Source: a bacterium
GTDB taxonomy: Bacteria > Patescibacteriota > Saccharimonadia > CAILAD01 > BJGX01
Length of the DNA stretch: 26,856 bases
Assembly: GCA_023261595.1 (NCBI GenBank)
Contig: JAHFOQ010000001.1
Span: forward strand, 1-26,856
Direction: 5' to 3'
Positions within the stretch are counted from its first letter, which is position 1; the number at the start of each line of letters is the position of its first letter. Below are positions 6,767 through 15,234 of this stretch, in pieces. The translations under genes were made by a program, and so were the position numbers. Under the pieces are notes generated by a model, which saw only the letters and a list, made by a program, of their open reading frames with translations, made no database searches and was not told the DNA's origin.

Positions 6767-7900
6767 ATGGCCGATTCTACAAATAAAACCACGGTTAAGA
6801 AGCTCTTAACCCTTGCTGACATTAAAGTAAATGGAAAACGCGCTCAAGACATTATTATTACTGACGAACGTTTTTATGACAGAGCTCTAAGCCATGGAAG
6901 CTTAGGTATTGGCGAAAGCTATATGGATGGTTGGTGGAGTGCAAATAAGCTCGATCGATTTTTTGAAAATGCTTTTCAGGCAGATTTACGCGATAAGGTG
7001 AGTAAGAATTGGAGACTAGCAGCTTACGTTGTTCGTGGTTCTCTCATTAACTTCCAGATGGGGAAACGAGCTTATAAGAATGCTCAAAAACATTATGACA
7101 TTGGTAATGATCTTTACGAACCAATGCTTGGGAAGACAATGGCTTACACCTGTGGGTATTGGGACAGAGGAGCAAAGACGCTCGATAAAGCTCAAGAAGA
7201 TAAATTTGAGCTTGTTTGCCAAAAGCTTGGTTTAAAAAAAGGAATGAAAGTGCTAGATCCTGGTTGTGGATGGGGTGGCCTTTCTCGATACATGGCACAA
7301 AAATATGGCTGTGAAGTTACCTGTTTTACTCCGGCTAAAGAACAAATAGCGTATATTAAACAGCACTCAAAGGGCTTAAAAGTGAAACCTATCCTTTCAA
7401 CATGGCAAGACTATAAAGGTAAGACTAAGTTTGATCGTATTGCATCGATTGGAATGATGGAACACGTAGGGCCAAAAAATTATGAAAAATATTTACGTCG
7501 TATGGCAGAAATATTAACCGATGATGGAATTATGGTACTACACACAATAGGAGGCAACAAAAGTATTCGTCGAATTGATCCATGGATTGATAAATACATT
7601 TTCCCAGGTGGTGTTTTGCCAAGTGTAAAACAGCTAGCCAGTGCCTTTGAAGGTATCTTTATTCTTGAGGATTGGCATAATCTTTCAACCAACTATGATA
7701 AAACATTGTTAGCTTGGTATGAAAACTTTAAGGAGTCTTATCCAAAGCTCAATCATGATAAATATGACACTCGCTTCTATCGCATGTGGGAATTCTATCT
7801 TCTTACTTGTGCTGCATTGTTTCGAACACGTCAAACTCAACTTTGGCAGATAGTAATTAGCAAAAAAGGTGTTACTGGTGGGTACAAAAGCGTCCGCTAA
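6767..7900 (+). CDS. cfa: cyclopropane-fatty-acyl-phospholipid synthase family SAM-dependent methyltransferase
   Basis: Collinear with E. coli Cfa at most of its conserved blocks: SLGIGESYMDGWW, HYDIGNDLY, VLDPGCGWGGL, IGMMEHVGPKNY, LHTIG, DPWIDKYIFPGGVLPSV, EDWHN and LWQIV. Confidence 0.9.
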   Translation: MADSTNKTTVKKLLTLADIKVNGKRAQDIIITDERFYDRALSHGSLGIGESYMDGWWSANKLDRFFENAFQADLRDKVSKNWRLAAYVVRGSLINFQMGKRAYKNAQKHYDIGNDLYEPMLGKTMAYTCGYWDRGAKTLDKAQEDKFELVCQKLGLKKGMKVLDPGCGWGGLSRYMAQKYGCEVTCFTPAKEQIAYIKQHSKGLKVKPILSTWQDYKGKTKFDRIASIGMMEHVGPKNYEKYLRRMAEILTDDGIMVLHTIGGNKSIRRIDPWIDKYIFPGGVLPSVKQLASAFEGIFILEDWHNLSTNYDKTLLAWYENFKESYPKLNHDKYDTRFYRMWEFYLLTCAALFRTRQTQLWQIVISKKGVTGGYKSVR

Positions 7901-7908
7901 ATAAAAAG

Positions 7909-7933
7909 CCTTCAGATGTATTAGATCTGAAGG
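7909..7933. terminator. hairpin at the operon end; classic rho-independent terminator when read on the minus strand, weak on the plus strand
   Basis: CCTTCAGAT-gtattag-ATCTGAAGG, preceded by an A-run (AAATAAAAAG), which is a T-run on the minus strand. Confidence 0.4.
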
Positions 7934-8172
7934 AGTAGAGTACACTACCTGTGCAGATAGCGTACGGAGGTGCAAAGAATGGGTAGTGCGTCTTGGTAGA
8001 AGCCGGCAGAGCCGACCAGAAGGGGCAGACGCGTTGAAGAGAAAAGATTTTTTGGGCTTTTAGCATTTGTGCCCTTAGAGAAAGAATCGAATGTAGGTTG
8101 ACTTTGCTTCTTGCCGATTCATTCTGAACCGGTCGTAAATAATATACTATATTGTTGAGAAAAAGTATATCA

Positions 8173-8210
8173 AGCTAAACTGTATAAACCTTTCAGTTTA
8201 GCTTTTTGTT
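8173..8210 (+). terminator. rho-independent terminator/attenuator inside the leader of pepF
   Basis: 10-bp stem AGCTAAACTG/CAGTTTAGCT followed by TTTTTGTT, 54 nt upstream of the pepF ATG. Confidence 0.65.
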
Positions 8211-8263
8211 GAGAATGTAAGTTATGGTAGCTCCACCTTTCTATCTAAGGTACAATTATAGGT

Positions 8264-10039
8264 ATGAATAAAAATGAAACATGGAACTTAGATGATATCA
8301 TTACTCTCGAAGAGTTTATGCCGCTGCTCGAGAAGGTTAATAATCAACTTTCGCGTTATACTGAATATTTTGCCCAATTTACACCAAATATGGATACTCA
8401 GCTATTCAAAGATTTTTTAGCTTTTGACGAAGCTCTAGATGAAGATATGATGCGGCTAGGTGGACGAGTAATGTTAATGGAATCAGCGGACATTAAAGAT
8501 AAGCAAGCAATGGAGTTAAAGACTAAATTAAAAAATTTAGATTTAGCATTAAGCGAAGTTGCACTACCTGTTTTTCAGTGGCTCAAAGGGAATGAAGTTG
8601 AAGATAAGCCCCAGCTTGATGATAAGAATGCACAAAGACTCTTTGCTGAAGCAGGTGATTTAGGGTATGTTTTACAATTTGGTCGTAAAACTGCAAGTTA
8701 TTCACTTTCTCACACAGAAGAACTGATTATTCGAAACAAAGATTCGAATGGAGTAGGTGTAGTAAATGATCTCTATAACATGATTACAAGTGATTTTCGC
8801 TTTGAATTTTGCCCACCCAACAAAAAGGTTTGTACAATTGATACAATCGATGAATTAAATCGCTATACATTTTCGGCTGATCCAGCCGAAAGAGCTGAAG
8901 CGTTTCGTTCGCGATTTGAACAATACGAAACGAATATTGAAAAACTTTTTGTTTCGTATCAGGCTATTGTAAAAAATTGGGTCTATACGAGTAAGCTACG
9001 GGGTTATGCCTCGCCGATATCAATGCGTAATGTTGATAACCATTTAAATGATAAAGCAATAGAAACTCTCCTTGATGTATGTGGAAAAAATACCGAAATT
9101 TTCCAGCGGGTATTTCGATGGAAGGCAAAGCAGCTTGGTCAAGAAAAATTAAAACGAGTAGATTTCTATGCTCCACTTGGAGGCGAAACACAAACTATTG
9201 AGCTTGATCCATCGGTTGATCAAGTTCTTGAAAACTTTCGTGAATTTTCACCTCAATTTGCTGATTATGCCAAAACAATTGTCGAAAAACGACATGTTGA
9301 TTTTTTGCCACGGTCGAATAAACGCTCGGGTGCGTTTTGTATGAGTATTGGCCCCAAGATTGCTCCATATGTAATGACAAATTTTGCTGGTCGAATGACT
9401 GATAAGTTTACTATTGCTCATGAACTTGGTCATGGAGTACATATGCTCTATGCCTCTAAACATAGTATTGGTGCAATGCACGCTAACCTCCCATTAATGG
9501 AGACTGCTTCTACTTTTGGAGAAATGATTGTGTTCGAAAAAACCCTGCAAGCAACAGAAGACACTGCCATAAAAAAACAACTCTTGGCCGAAAAATTACT
9601 TGATAGCTATGCAACTATAATGCGACAAAACTATTTTACTAAGTTTGAAATCGCCGCACATGCTGCAAGTGAAAAAGAGTTTACAATAGACGTATTAAAT
9701 CAACTTTGGCTTGATAACTTGGCTGAACAGTTTGGTGATAGTGTGGAAGTCGATGAAATGTTTAAATATGAATGGGCATATATTCCACACATTTTCTCTA
9801 CACCGTTTTATTGTTATGCCTATAGCTTTGGTGAATTGCTTAGTATGGCATTGTATAAACGATACAAAGACGAAGGTGAGAGTTTTGTTGCTAAAATAGA
9901 ACAGATTCTTGCCGCTGGTGGCTCTCAAGATCCAGCTGAGATTCTGCGAGAAGTTGGTATTGATATGGAAGACCCAGAATTTTGGCAAGGTAGCTTTGCA
10001 ATTGTAGAAGATTGGCTTACACAGCTCGAAAAACTATGA
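8264..10039 (+). CDS. pepF: oligoendopeptidase F (M3B family)
   Basis: 591 aa with the HEXXH zinc motif 'IAHELGHGVH'. Size and layout are typical of PepF. TACAAT sits 7 nt upstream of the ATG. Confidence 0.8.
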   Translation: MNKNETWNLDDIITLEEFMPLLEKVNNQLSRYTEYFAQFTPNMDTQLFKDFLAFDEALDEDMMRLGGRVMLMESADIKDKQAMELKTKLKNLDLALSEVALPVFQWLKGNEVEDKPQLDDKNAQRLFAEAGDLGYVLQFGRKTASYSLSHTEELIIRNKDSNGVGVVNDLYNMITSDFRFEFCPPNKKVCTIDTIDELNRYTFSADPAERAEAFRSRFEQYETNIEKLFVSYQAIVKNWVYTSKLRGYASPISMRNVDNHLNDKAIETLLDVCGKNTEIFQRVFRWKAKQLGQEKLKRVDFYAPLGGETQTIELDPSVDQVLENFREFSPQFADYAKTIVEKRHVDFLPRSNKRSGAFCMSIGPKIAPYVMTNFAGRMTDKFTIAHELGHGVHMLYASKHSIGAMHANLPLMETASTFGEMIVFEKTLQATEDTAIKKQLLAEKLLDSYATIMRQNYFTKFEIAAHAASEKEFTIDVLNQLWLDNLAEQFGDSVEVDEMFKYEWAYIPHIFSTPFYCYAYSFGELLSMALYKRYKDEGESFVAKIEQILAAGGSQDPAEILREVGIDMEDPEFWQGSFAIVEDWLTQLEKL

Positions 10040-10434
10040 AGATAAAATTAATCTTATTGGATTTTTATAATGTATTATATTTTCCGCGCGAAGAAGAGAT
10101 TAACCAAGAAATAGTGGAATTCTTACAAAGTAATAACCAAACGTATCTATTCGGCCTACTTACTGCAGTACATATTGATATAGAGGAATGGCTAAAACAG
10201 CGTCAGCTTAAGAATTATTTTCAGTTTATTAAAACAACCGAAGAACTTCAGGTGAGTAAGAACGAGCCAGATGTATATGAAATGGTAGCAAATAGTTTCG
10301 AGCTGAAACCAGAACAAGTGTTATTTATTGATGATTTGCCCGAAAATATTTCGGCTGCAAAAAAAGCCGGTTTACAGACACTACTCTATAAACCGACCCA
10401 GTCTTTTACAGAACAACTTAAAGAATTTCTTTAG
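10036..10434 (+). CDS. small HAD-family hydrolase
   Basis: C-terminal HAD motifs 'VLFIDDLPENISAAKKAGLQTLLY'. Motif I is degenerate ('LDFYNV'). Its ATG overlaps the pepF stop codon (ATGA). The ORF-track start at 10012 is less likely. Confidence 0.5.
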   Translation: MKIKLILLDFYNVLYFPREEEINQEIVEFLQSNNQTYLFGLLTAVHIDIEEWLKQRQLKNYFQFIKTTEELQVSKNEPDVYEMVANSFELKPEQVLFIDDLPENISAAKKAGLQTLLYKPTQSFTEQLKEFL

Positions 10435-10519
10435 TAGTCTATATTTTGGTTAATATATATTTGTAGATTTTTTCTAATTTGCTCGAATGTATAGGTGTAC
10501 ACACTTAAGACAAACAACA

Positions 10520-11074
10520 CTAACTTTTTAGTTTTTTTGCGAGAGAGTTAAGCTCTACTACACTCTTAAGTAGATTTTCTCCCAAAACAGGTACTGAACA
10601 TTCTCCTGCGGGAGTAATAAGCTTATCTGCTTGAGGTAAATTAATTTCTGCACGGGTATCGTACATATTAAAGTTAATAAATACTTGTCTAAGATGTGCA
10701 ACTGCACGTGAACCGCCCATTCTTCCGGTTGAATAACTCACAAAACCTACCGGCTTACCCCACCACTCCATACCAAGCCAGTCTATGGCATTCTTTAGTT
10801 GTGCTGGATAACCGTGATTATACTCCGGCGTGATAATTAAATAACAATCGCCATCCTCAATTTTTTTTGACCAAGCTTGCACTACTTTATGCGGATACTT
10901 TTCATGTAAGTCAAAGGGTTCTATCGAGGAGTCATCGAATGGCATTGGATAGTCTTCGAGATCAAGAAGTTCGTATTCTAAATGAGCATTGTTAAGTTCG
11001 GTACACACCCACTTTGCAACCCTCTCGCCTAAACGACCTTTCCGTACCGAAGCCAGAATAATTTTTAATTTCAT
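10520..11074 (-). CDS. NADPH-dependent FMN reductase family protein
   Basis: 'MKLKIILASVRKG...' N-terminus together with the 'IITPEYNHGYPAQLKNAIDW' FMN_red signature. Confidence 0.65.
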   Translation of the reverse strand: MKLKIILASVRKGRLGERVAKWVCTELNNAHLEYELLDLEDYPMPFDDSSIEPFDLHEKYPHKVVQAWSKKIEDGDCYLIITPEYNHGYPAQLKNAIDWLGMEWWGKPVGFVSYSTGRMGGSRAVAHLRQVFINFNMYDTRAEINLPQADKLITPAGECSVPVLGENLLKSVVELNSLAKKLKS

Positions 11075-11159
11075 AGCAACAGTATATCACTTATGCTTGA
11101 GAATATTTGTTCTAAATGACAAAATAGCGAGGTATTTGCACCCAAAAAGAGAGGCGGCT

Positions 11160-11759
11160 ATGCCAATAAAATTTGGTACCGACCTAGATGATGTAATTGT
11201 GCCATTTGTTCCTTCAATTAGTGCGTTTACTCATAGGGAATACCAGATAACTGCGGGGTATGAGGATTTTACATCCTTTGAATTTGCTGAGATTTGGGGA
11301 CTTACCGTAGAAGAGTGCGATGAAATTTTAGATGCCTATTTTGCCTCAGATGATTTTCTCGAAATTGAGCCACGTACTGATGCAGTAATTGGACTAAATT
11401 CACTCAATTTCTCAGGTGTAGATCTAAGTCTTATTACTTCTCGGCACAACCTTATTCGTGAACATACTCGAAAATGGATTAAGACAAAGTTTCCTGATGT
11501 GTTTACGAATATATGCTTTAGTAGCAATGTACATACCGACAGAGCTTCGGGCAAGACCAAGGCTGAGATATTGCATGAGTTGGGTATTACGCATTTTGCC
11601 GAAGACAGTGCACATTACGCACCAGAGTGTGCAGAGGTGTGCGAAGTCGTATATTTGTTTCGGCATCCGTGGAACAGAGATCTAATACTACCCAAAAATG
11701 TTATGGAAGTAGATACTTGGTATGAAGTAACTGCTCATATTCGCTCGATTATTACTTAG
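11160..11759 (+). CDS. 5'(3')-deoxyribonucleotidase-like HAD nucleotidase
   Basis: N-terminal 'FGTDLDDVIVPF' (a DxDxV motif as in the NT5C family). AAGAGAGG lies 5 nt upstream of the ATG. The ORF-track start at 10989 would overlap the divergent gene and is rejected. Confidence 0.55.
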   Translation: MPIKFGTDLDDVIVPFVPSISAFTHREYQITAGYEDFTSFEFAEIWGLTVEECDEILDAYFASDDFLEIEPRTDAVIGLNSLNFSGVDLSLITSRHNLIREHTRKWIKTKFPDVFTNICFSSNVHTDRASGKTKAEILHELGITHFAEDSAHYAPECAEVCEVVYLFRHPWNRDLILPKNVMEVDTWYEVTAHIRSIIT

Positions 11760-11768
11760 TCGAGCTTT

Positions 11769-12155
11769 TTATTTTTTATGCAAATCGAGAGCGCAACTAT
11801 TTATGCAAAAACGTTGTCCGGTAGTCTCTTTTGGTCCGTCTTCAAACATATGCCCAAGATGTGCTCCGCAATTACTACAAACCACTTCTGTGCGTTGCAT
11901 ATTGGCTGAATTATCTTCAATTAATTTAGTTGAACCAGGTATGGCTTGGTCAAAACTTGGCCAGCCAGTTCCGCTTTCAAACTTTGTGCCTGCTTCGAAT
12001 AATTTTTGTCCGCACACTACACAATGATAGCTACCATCGCTGTGCTCATTTACGTACTTACCTGTAAAGGGCGGCTCGGTAGCCTTATTTTGCGTAACCT
12101 CTCTTGCTATTTCGCTCAGTTCTGTAATTCTCTGTTCTTTTTTTGCTTTGTTCAT
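11769..12155 (-). CDS. msrB: peptide-methionine (R)-S-oxide reductase MsrB
   Basis: Two CxxC zinc motifs (CVVCGQ, CSNCGAHLGHMFEDGP) and the GWPSF motif. 128 aa. Confidence 0.85.
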   Translation of the reverse strand: MNKAKKEQRITELSEIAREVTQNKATEPPFTGKYVNEHSDGSYHCVVCGQKLFEAGTKFESGTGWPSFDQAIPGSTKLIEDNSANMQRTEVVCSNCGAHLGHMFEDGPKETTGQRFCINSCALDLHKK

Positions 12156-12190
12156 ATGCTTATTATACTCTAGCGTGCAATAATATAGGT

Positions 12191-12790
12191 ATGACGAAAA
12201 AAGAATTTGTTGAAGCAGAACGAAAGTATATGATAGAACTGTTGAAAAAGCTTACCCCCTCTCAATGGCATGCAGATTCTTTGTGCGAAGGATGGACTGT
12301 AGAAGATGTTGCGGCTCACATTGTAGTACGTGAAGGTTTAATCGGTCCAATTGGTATTGTGGTGCCGCAACTACATAAGGTACATGACAAGCGAATTAAA
12401 CGGCTAGAAGAAAAAGGCCATGCAGTTATTATACAAAAACTCGAAAGATATCCTTGGTATATGCCAGCTATTGCAAACACAGCAGAGTTTTATATACATA
12501 ACGAAGATATTTTGCGCGGAAGCTTAAATATGCACCGATCTGATCCTAATAAAAAAGCCGGAGAGATACTGTGGCAAGCACTAAAAGGAATGGTGAAAAT
12601 AAGAAAAAGTCTTATTAGTGATCTTGGGAATGTGCAGTTTGAAAACTCACAGAGTGGTGCTGTAGTTACGGTAGTGAATAAGCATTCGCAAAAAGATACT
12701 GTTGTTTCTGGAATGCCTGGTGAATTACTTTTGTTTGCGTATGGTCGACGCAGTGCAGCAAAAGTAAAGATTACTTCTTCTAAGTTATAA
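12191..12790 (+). CDS. DinB_2/MDMPI_N-like domain protein (TIGR03083-like)
   Basis: 'WHADSLCEGWTVEDVAAHIVV' matches the conserved N-terminal motif of the maleylpyruvate-isomerase-N/DinB_2 family. Start chosen at ATG 12191. Confidence 0.45.
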   Translation: MTKKEFVEAERKYMIELLKKLTPSQWHADSLCEGWTVEDVAAHIVVREGLIGPIGIVVPQLHKVHDKRIKRLEEKGHAVIIQKLERYPWYMPAIANTAEFYIHNEDILRGSLNMHRSDPNKKAGEILWQALKGMVKIRKSLISDLGNVQFENSQSGAVVTVVNKHSQKDTVVSGMPGELLLFAYGRRSAAKVKITSSKL

Positions 12791-12798
12791 TAATTCTT

Positions 12799-13587
12799 AT
12801 GGAAACAATACCGCGTAACAATACAGAGCCAGATGAGGATATGCGTAAACGTGTACGTAAAGCTGGCGTAATTGGTATTGGCGCACTCGCATCTATGGGC
12901 GCAATAGGTGCAGGGCAAACGGCAACCCCAGAGCGTCAGTCGGTTCCTCAAGAAAATATCGTAGTTTCTGCAGAAGAAGTTCATTCTAGTCGCGAAAATG
13001 AAGCTAACAAAGTATTAAATCAACCTGCAACCGAATTAAACGAACATAATGAGGCTGAACCGCAGACACTACAAAATGAACCGGCTGCTTGGTGGCCGGT
13101 AGAAGTAAAACAAAATTGGCTTACTATTAATAGTATTGCACAGGAATATATGATCGACCCTTATCTAGTAGCCAGTATTGTAACTGAAGAAAGTATGGGC
13201 CGAAATATTAAGAATGAATATGGAGCAACAGGGTTGATGCAGATTATGCCAAGCACCGCACAAGAGATTGCGAGATTAAGACATCGTTCATACTACAATA
13301 TGGAAGATCCACAACAGAATTTAGATTATGGTTGTTGGTTAATTCACTATCTAGATGAAAAATATATTAAAGCTCGAGGAATTAGTCTTAATTCTGATAT
13401 GGGAATTGCCATGCTCGCAGTGTATTACGGCGATGGTGAGGGAGCTGGTGAACTATGGGCAAGAAATGACTATAATCAGAACGTGTTAAGTGAACAAGCT
13501 AAGCACGTTGCTCCGATGTGGACTGATATGTATCACAATCGCAACAAAGTAACGAGTGAAGTATTTGAACAGGTTAGAGGGAAATAA
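12799..13587 (+). CDS. lytic transglycosylase (SLT domain) with N-terminal membrane anchor
   Basis: 'EESMGRNIKNEYGATGLMQIMPSTAQEIA' carries the SLT catalytic E-S and GLMQ motifs. Hydrophobic N-terminus. Confidence 0.7.
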   Translation: METIPRNNTEPDEDMRKRVRKAGVIGIGALASMGAIGAGQTATPERQSVPQENIVVSAEEVHSSRENEANKVLNQPATELNEHNEAEPQTLQNEPAAWWPVEVKQNWLTINSIAQEYMIDPYLVASIVTEESMGRNIKNEYGATGLMQIMPSTAQEIARLRHRSYYNMEDPQQNLDYGCWLIHYLDEKYIKARGISLNSDMGIAMLAVYYGDGEGAGELWARNDYNQNVLSEQAKHVAPMWTDMYHNRNKVTSEVFEQVRGK

Positions 13588-13590
13588 GAG

Positions 13591-14244
13591 CTAGTTACTA
13601 CTAGCTTTCTTGGCAGCTTCGTCGAGCTCTTTCAGATTGGTGGGGATTGGATTATCTACCAAAAGTTGAGCCATATAGGTAGAATTATGTGCAAGATATC
13701 GAATTGTACGATTCGTATAAAGATGCTTTTCACCGCCAGCTTCTATGTAGCTTGGTCCTGGGCCAGCGTCACCTACCCAGTATGAGTCGCTATTAGGTGC
13801 AATAGTACAGCCTAAATGAGTAAGATTAAAGAGAGTATTAGCGCAGATATCATGGGCACCATCTTCATTGCCAGTGACTATACATGCACCAACTTTGTTG
13901 TAGAGAGGATACTGACCAGTTTGAGTGTCACCATCACCATAACTACCATCTAATCTTTCAAGAACCATTTGGCAGACACTGCCACGTACCCCAAACCATA
14001 TAGGAGTAGCGATGACTAGAATATTACAAGCTTTAATTTTGGTATAAATTTCTGGCCACTGATCACCATTGCCCTCATCATTACTCACACCAAATTTAAC
14101 ATCATAGTCGCGCACACGAAGTTCTTCGCACTCCACACCAAGCGCGGTATATTCTTCAATGGCTTTGGCGATTAACGCACCAGTGTTACTTACTGTGGGG
14201 CTCGGTTTGAGCGTGCAATTTAGTATAAGTGCCTTTAGCTTCAT
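13591..14244 (-). CDS. flavodoxin-like fold NAD(P)H-dependent FMN reductase/quinone oxidoreductase
   Basis: 'MKLKALILNCTLKPSP...' with 'ILVIATPIWFG', typical of the FMN_red/multimeric flavodoxin family. Confidence 0.55.
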   Translation of the reverse strand: MKLKALILNCTLKPSPTVSNTGALIAKAIEEYTALGVECEELRVRDYDVKFGVSNDEGNGDQWPEIYTKIKACNILVIATPIWFGVRGSVCQMVLERLDGSYGDGDTQTGQYPLYNKVGACIVTGNEDGAHDICANTLFNLTHLGCTIAPNSDSYWVGDAGPGPSYIEAGGEKHLYTNRTIRYLAHNSTYMAQLLVDNPIPTNLKELDEAAKKASSN

Positions 14245-14288
14245 TGTTTTATCTCCGTTATGCTTTTATTGTATAATGGATTGTAAAT

Positions 14289-14768
14289 ATGAAACAAGCA
14301 ACAGAAAAAGCAGATTTTGGCGGAGGGTGTTTTTGGAGTGTCGAAGAAGTTTTTCGTACGTTATTTGGGGTGACAAAGACTACTGTTGGATATGAAGGTG
14401 GACATGTCGATAAACCTACCTATGAGCAGGTTTGTACTCACACAACTGGTCACGCTGAAACAGTTCAGGTAGAATTTGACCCAAGTAAGATTAGTTTTGA
14501 AAAATTGCTCGATGTATTTTTTATGCATCACGACCCAACTCAGTTAAACCGACAAGGCCCTGATGTAGGGGATAATTATCGAAGTGTTATCTTTTACCAT
14601 AACGAACAGCAAAAACAGCAAGCAGAAGCAAAAATATCTGCATTAAATAATTCTGGCAAGTTTCATAGCCCTATCGTTACAGAAGTTGTGCCGGCTCAGA
14701 CATTTTGGCATGGCGAAGAATATCACCAGCAATATTTACACAAGCGAGATTTGGGAGTTTGTTATTAA
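14289..14768 (+). CDS. msrA: peptide-methionine (S)-S-oxide reductase MsrA
   Basis: 'FGGGCFWSVEEVF' is the GCFWG active-site motif. 159 aa. An extended -10 element (TGTATAAT) lies 11 nt upstream. Confidence 0.85.
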   Translation: MKQATEKADFGGGCFWSVEEVFRTLFGVTKTTVGYEGGHVDKPTYEQVCTHTTGHAETVQVEFDPSKISFEKLLDVFFMHHDPTQLNRQGPDVGDNYRSVIFYHNEQQKQQAEAKISALNNSGKFHSPIVTEVVPAQTFWHGEEYHQQYLHKRDLGVCY

Positions 14769-14784
14769 ATGAAAGGCCAGGTTT

Positions 14785-15207
14785 ATGCGTATTAAACACC
14801 GTTCGCTCATTGTAGTATTTTTACTCAACTGTATTACATTAACGTTGTATCAAATTTATTGGTTTTTTATTACAAAGACTGAGATGAATGTAGTGAATGC
14901 CAAACAAGATAAAGTACCATTCTTTCTCTGGTTCTTTGTACCAATAATTAATATCTGGTGGTTTTATCGATTCTGTAAAGCAATGTCGATTGTAACGAAA
15001 GGCATGCTGAACAAATGGCTGGCATTTTTTGCACCATTTATTATTAGTGCAATGGTTGGTGTAGTATTTGGTTTGTTTAACAATTTTGTTATTTATTCAC
15101 CAGCTCAGCTTACAAGCTCAGCCCTACTGTCTTATGGAATAAGCGTACTGCTTTTTAGCTTACCGATACTGTATTACCAGTCATATCTTAATAAGGTATC
15201 GCGTTAA
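14785..15207 (+). CDS. small integral membrane protein, predicted ~4 TM, hypothetical
   Basis: Hydrophobic segments only. No motif I recognise. Confidence 0.4.
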   Translation: MRIKHRSLIVVFLLNCITLTLYQIYWFFITKTEMNVVNAKQDKVPFFLWFFVPIINIWWFYRFCKAMSIVTKGMLNKWLAFFAPFIISAMVGVVFGLFNNFVIYSPAQLTSSALLSYGISVLLFSLPILYYQSYLNKVSR

Positions 15208-15234
15208 ATAGAATAGAACTGCTACAATAGAAAA

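Noticed and set aside
7940-8040. Possible glycine riboswitch in the pepF leader ('ACCAGAAGGGGCAGAC' resembles 'ACCGAAGGGGCAA')
   Set aside because: Only one partial box matches. The GGAGAG box is lacking and the second aptamer is absent. The genomic context (a peptidase) does not fit. It is kept only as a generic structured-leader finding.
10989-11159. Upstream extension of the nucleotidase ORF (ORF-track start 10989)
   Set aside because: It would overlap the divergent FMN reductase gene's 5' end by 86 nt. The internal ATG at 11160 has a good RBS and begins right at the conserved DxDxV motif.
14159-14395. 78-aa plus ORF spanning the divergent promoter between the flavodoxin-like gene and msrA
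   Set aside because: It overlaps the start of one gene and the promoter and start of another, and its Leu/Ser/Phe-rich composition reflects AT-rich DNA rather than coding sequence.
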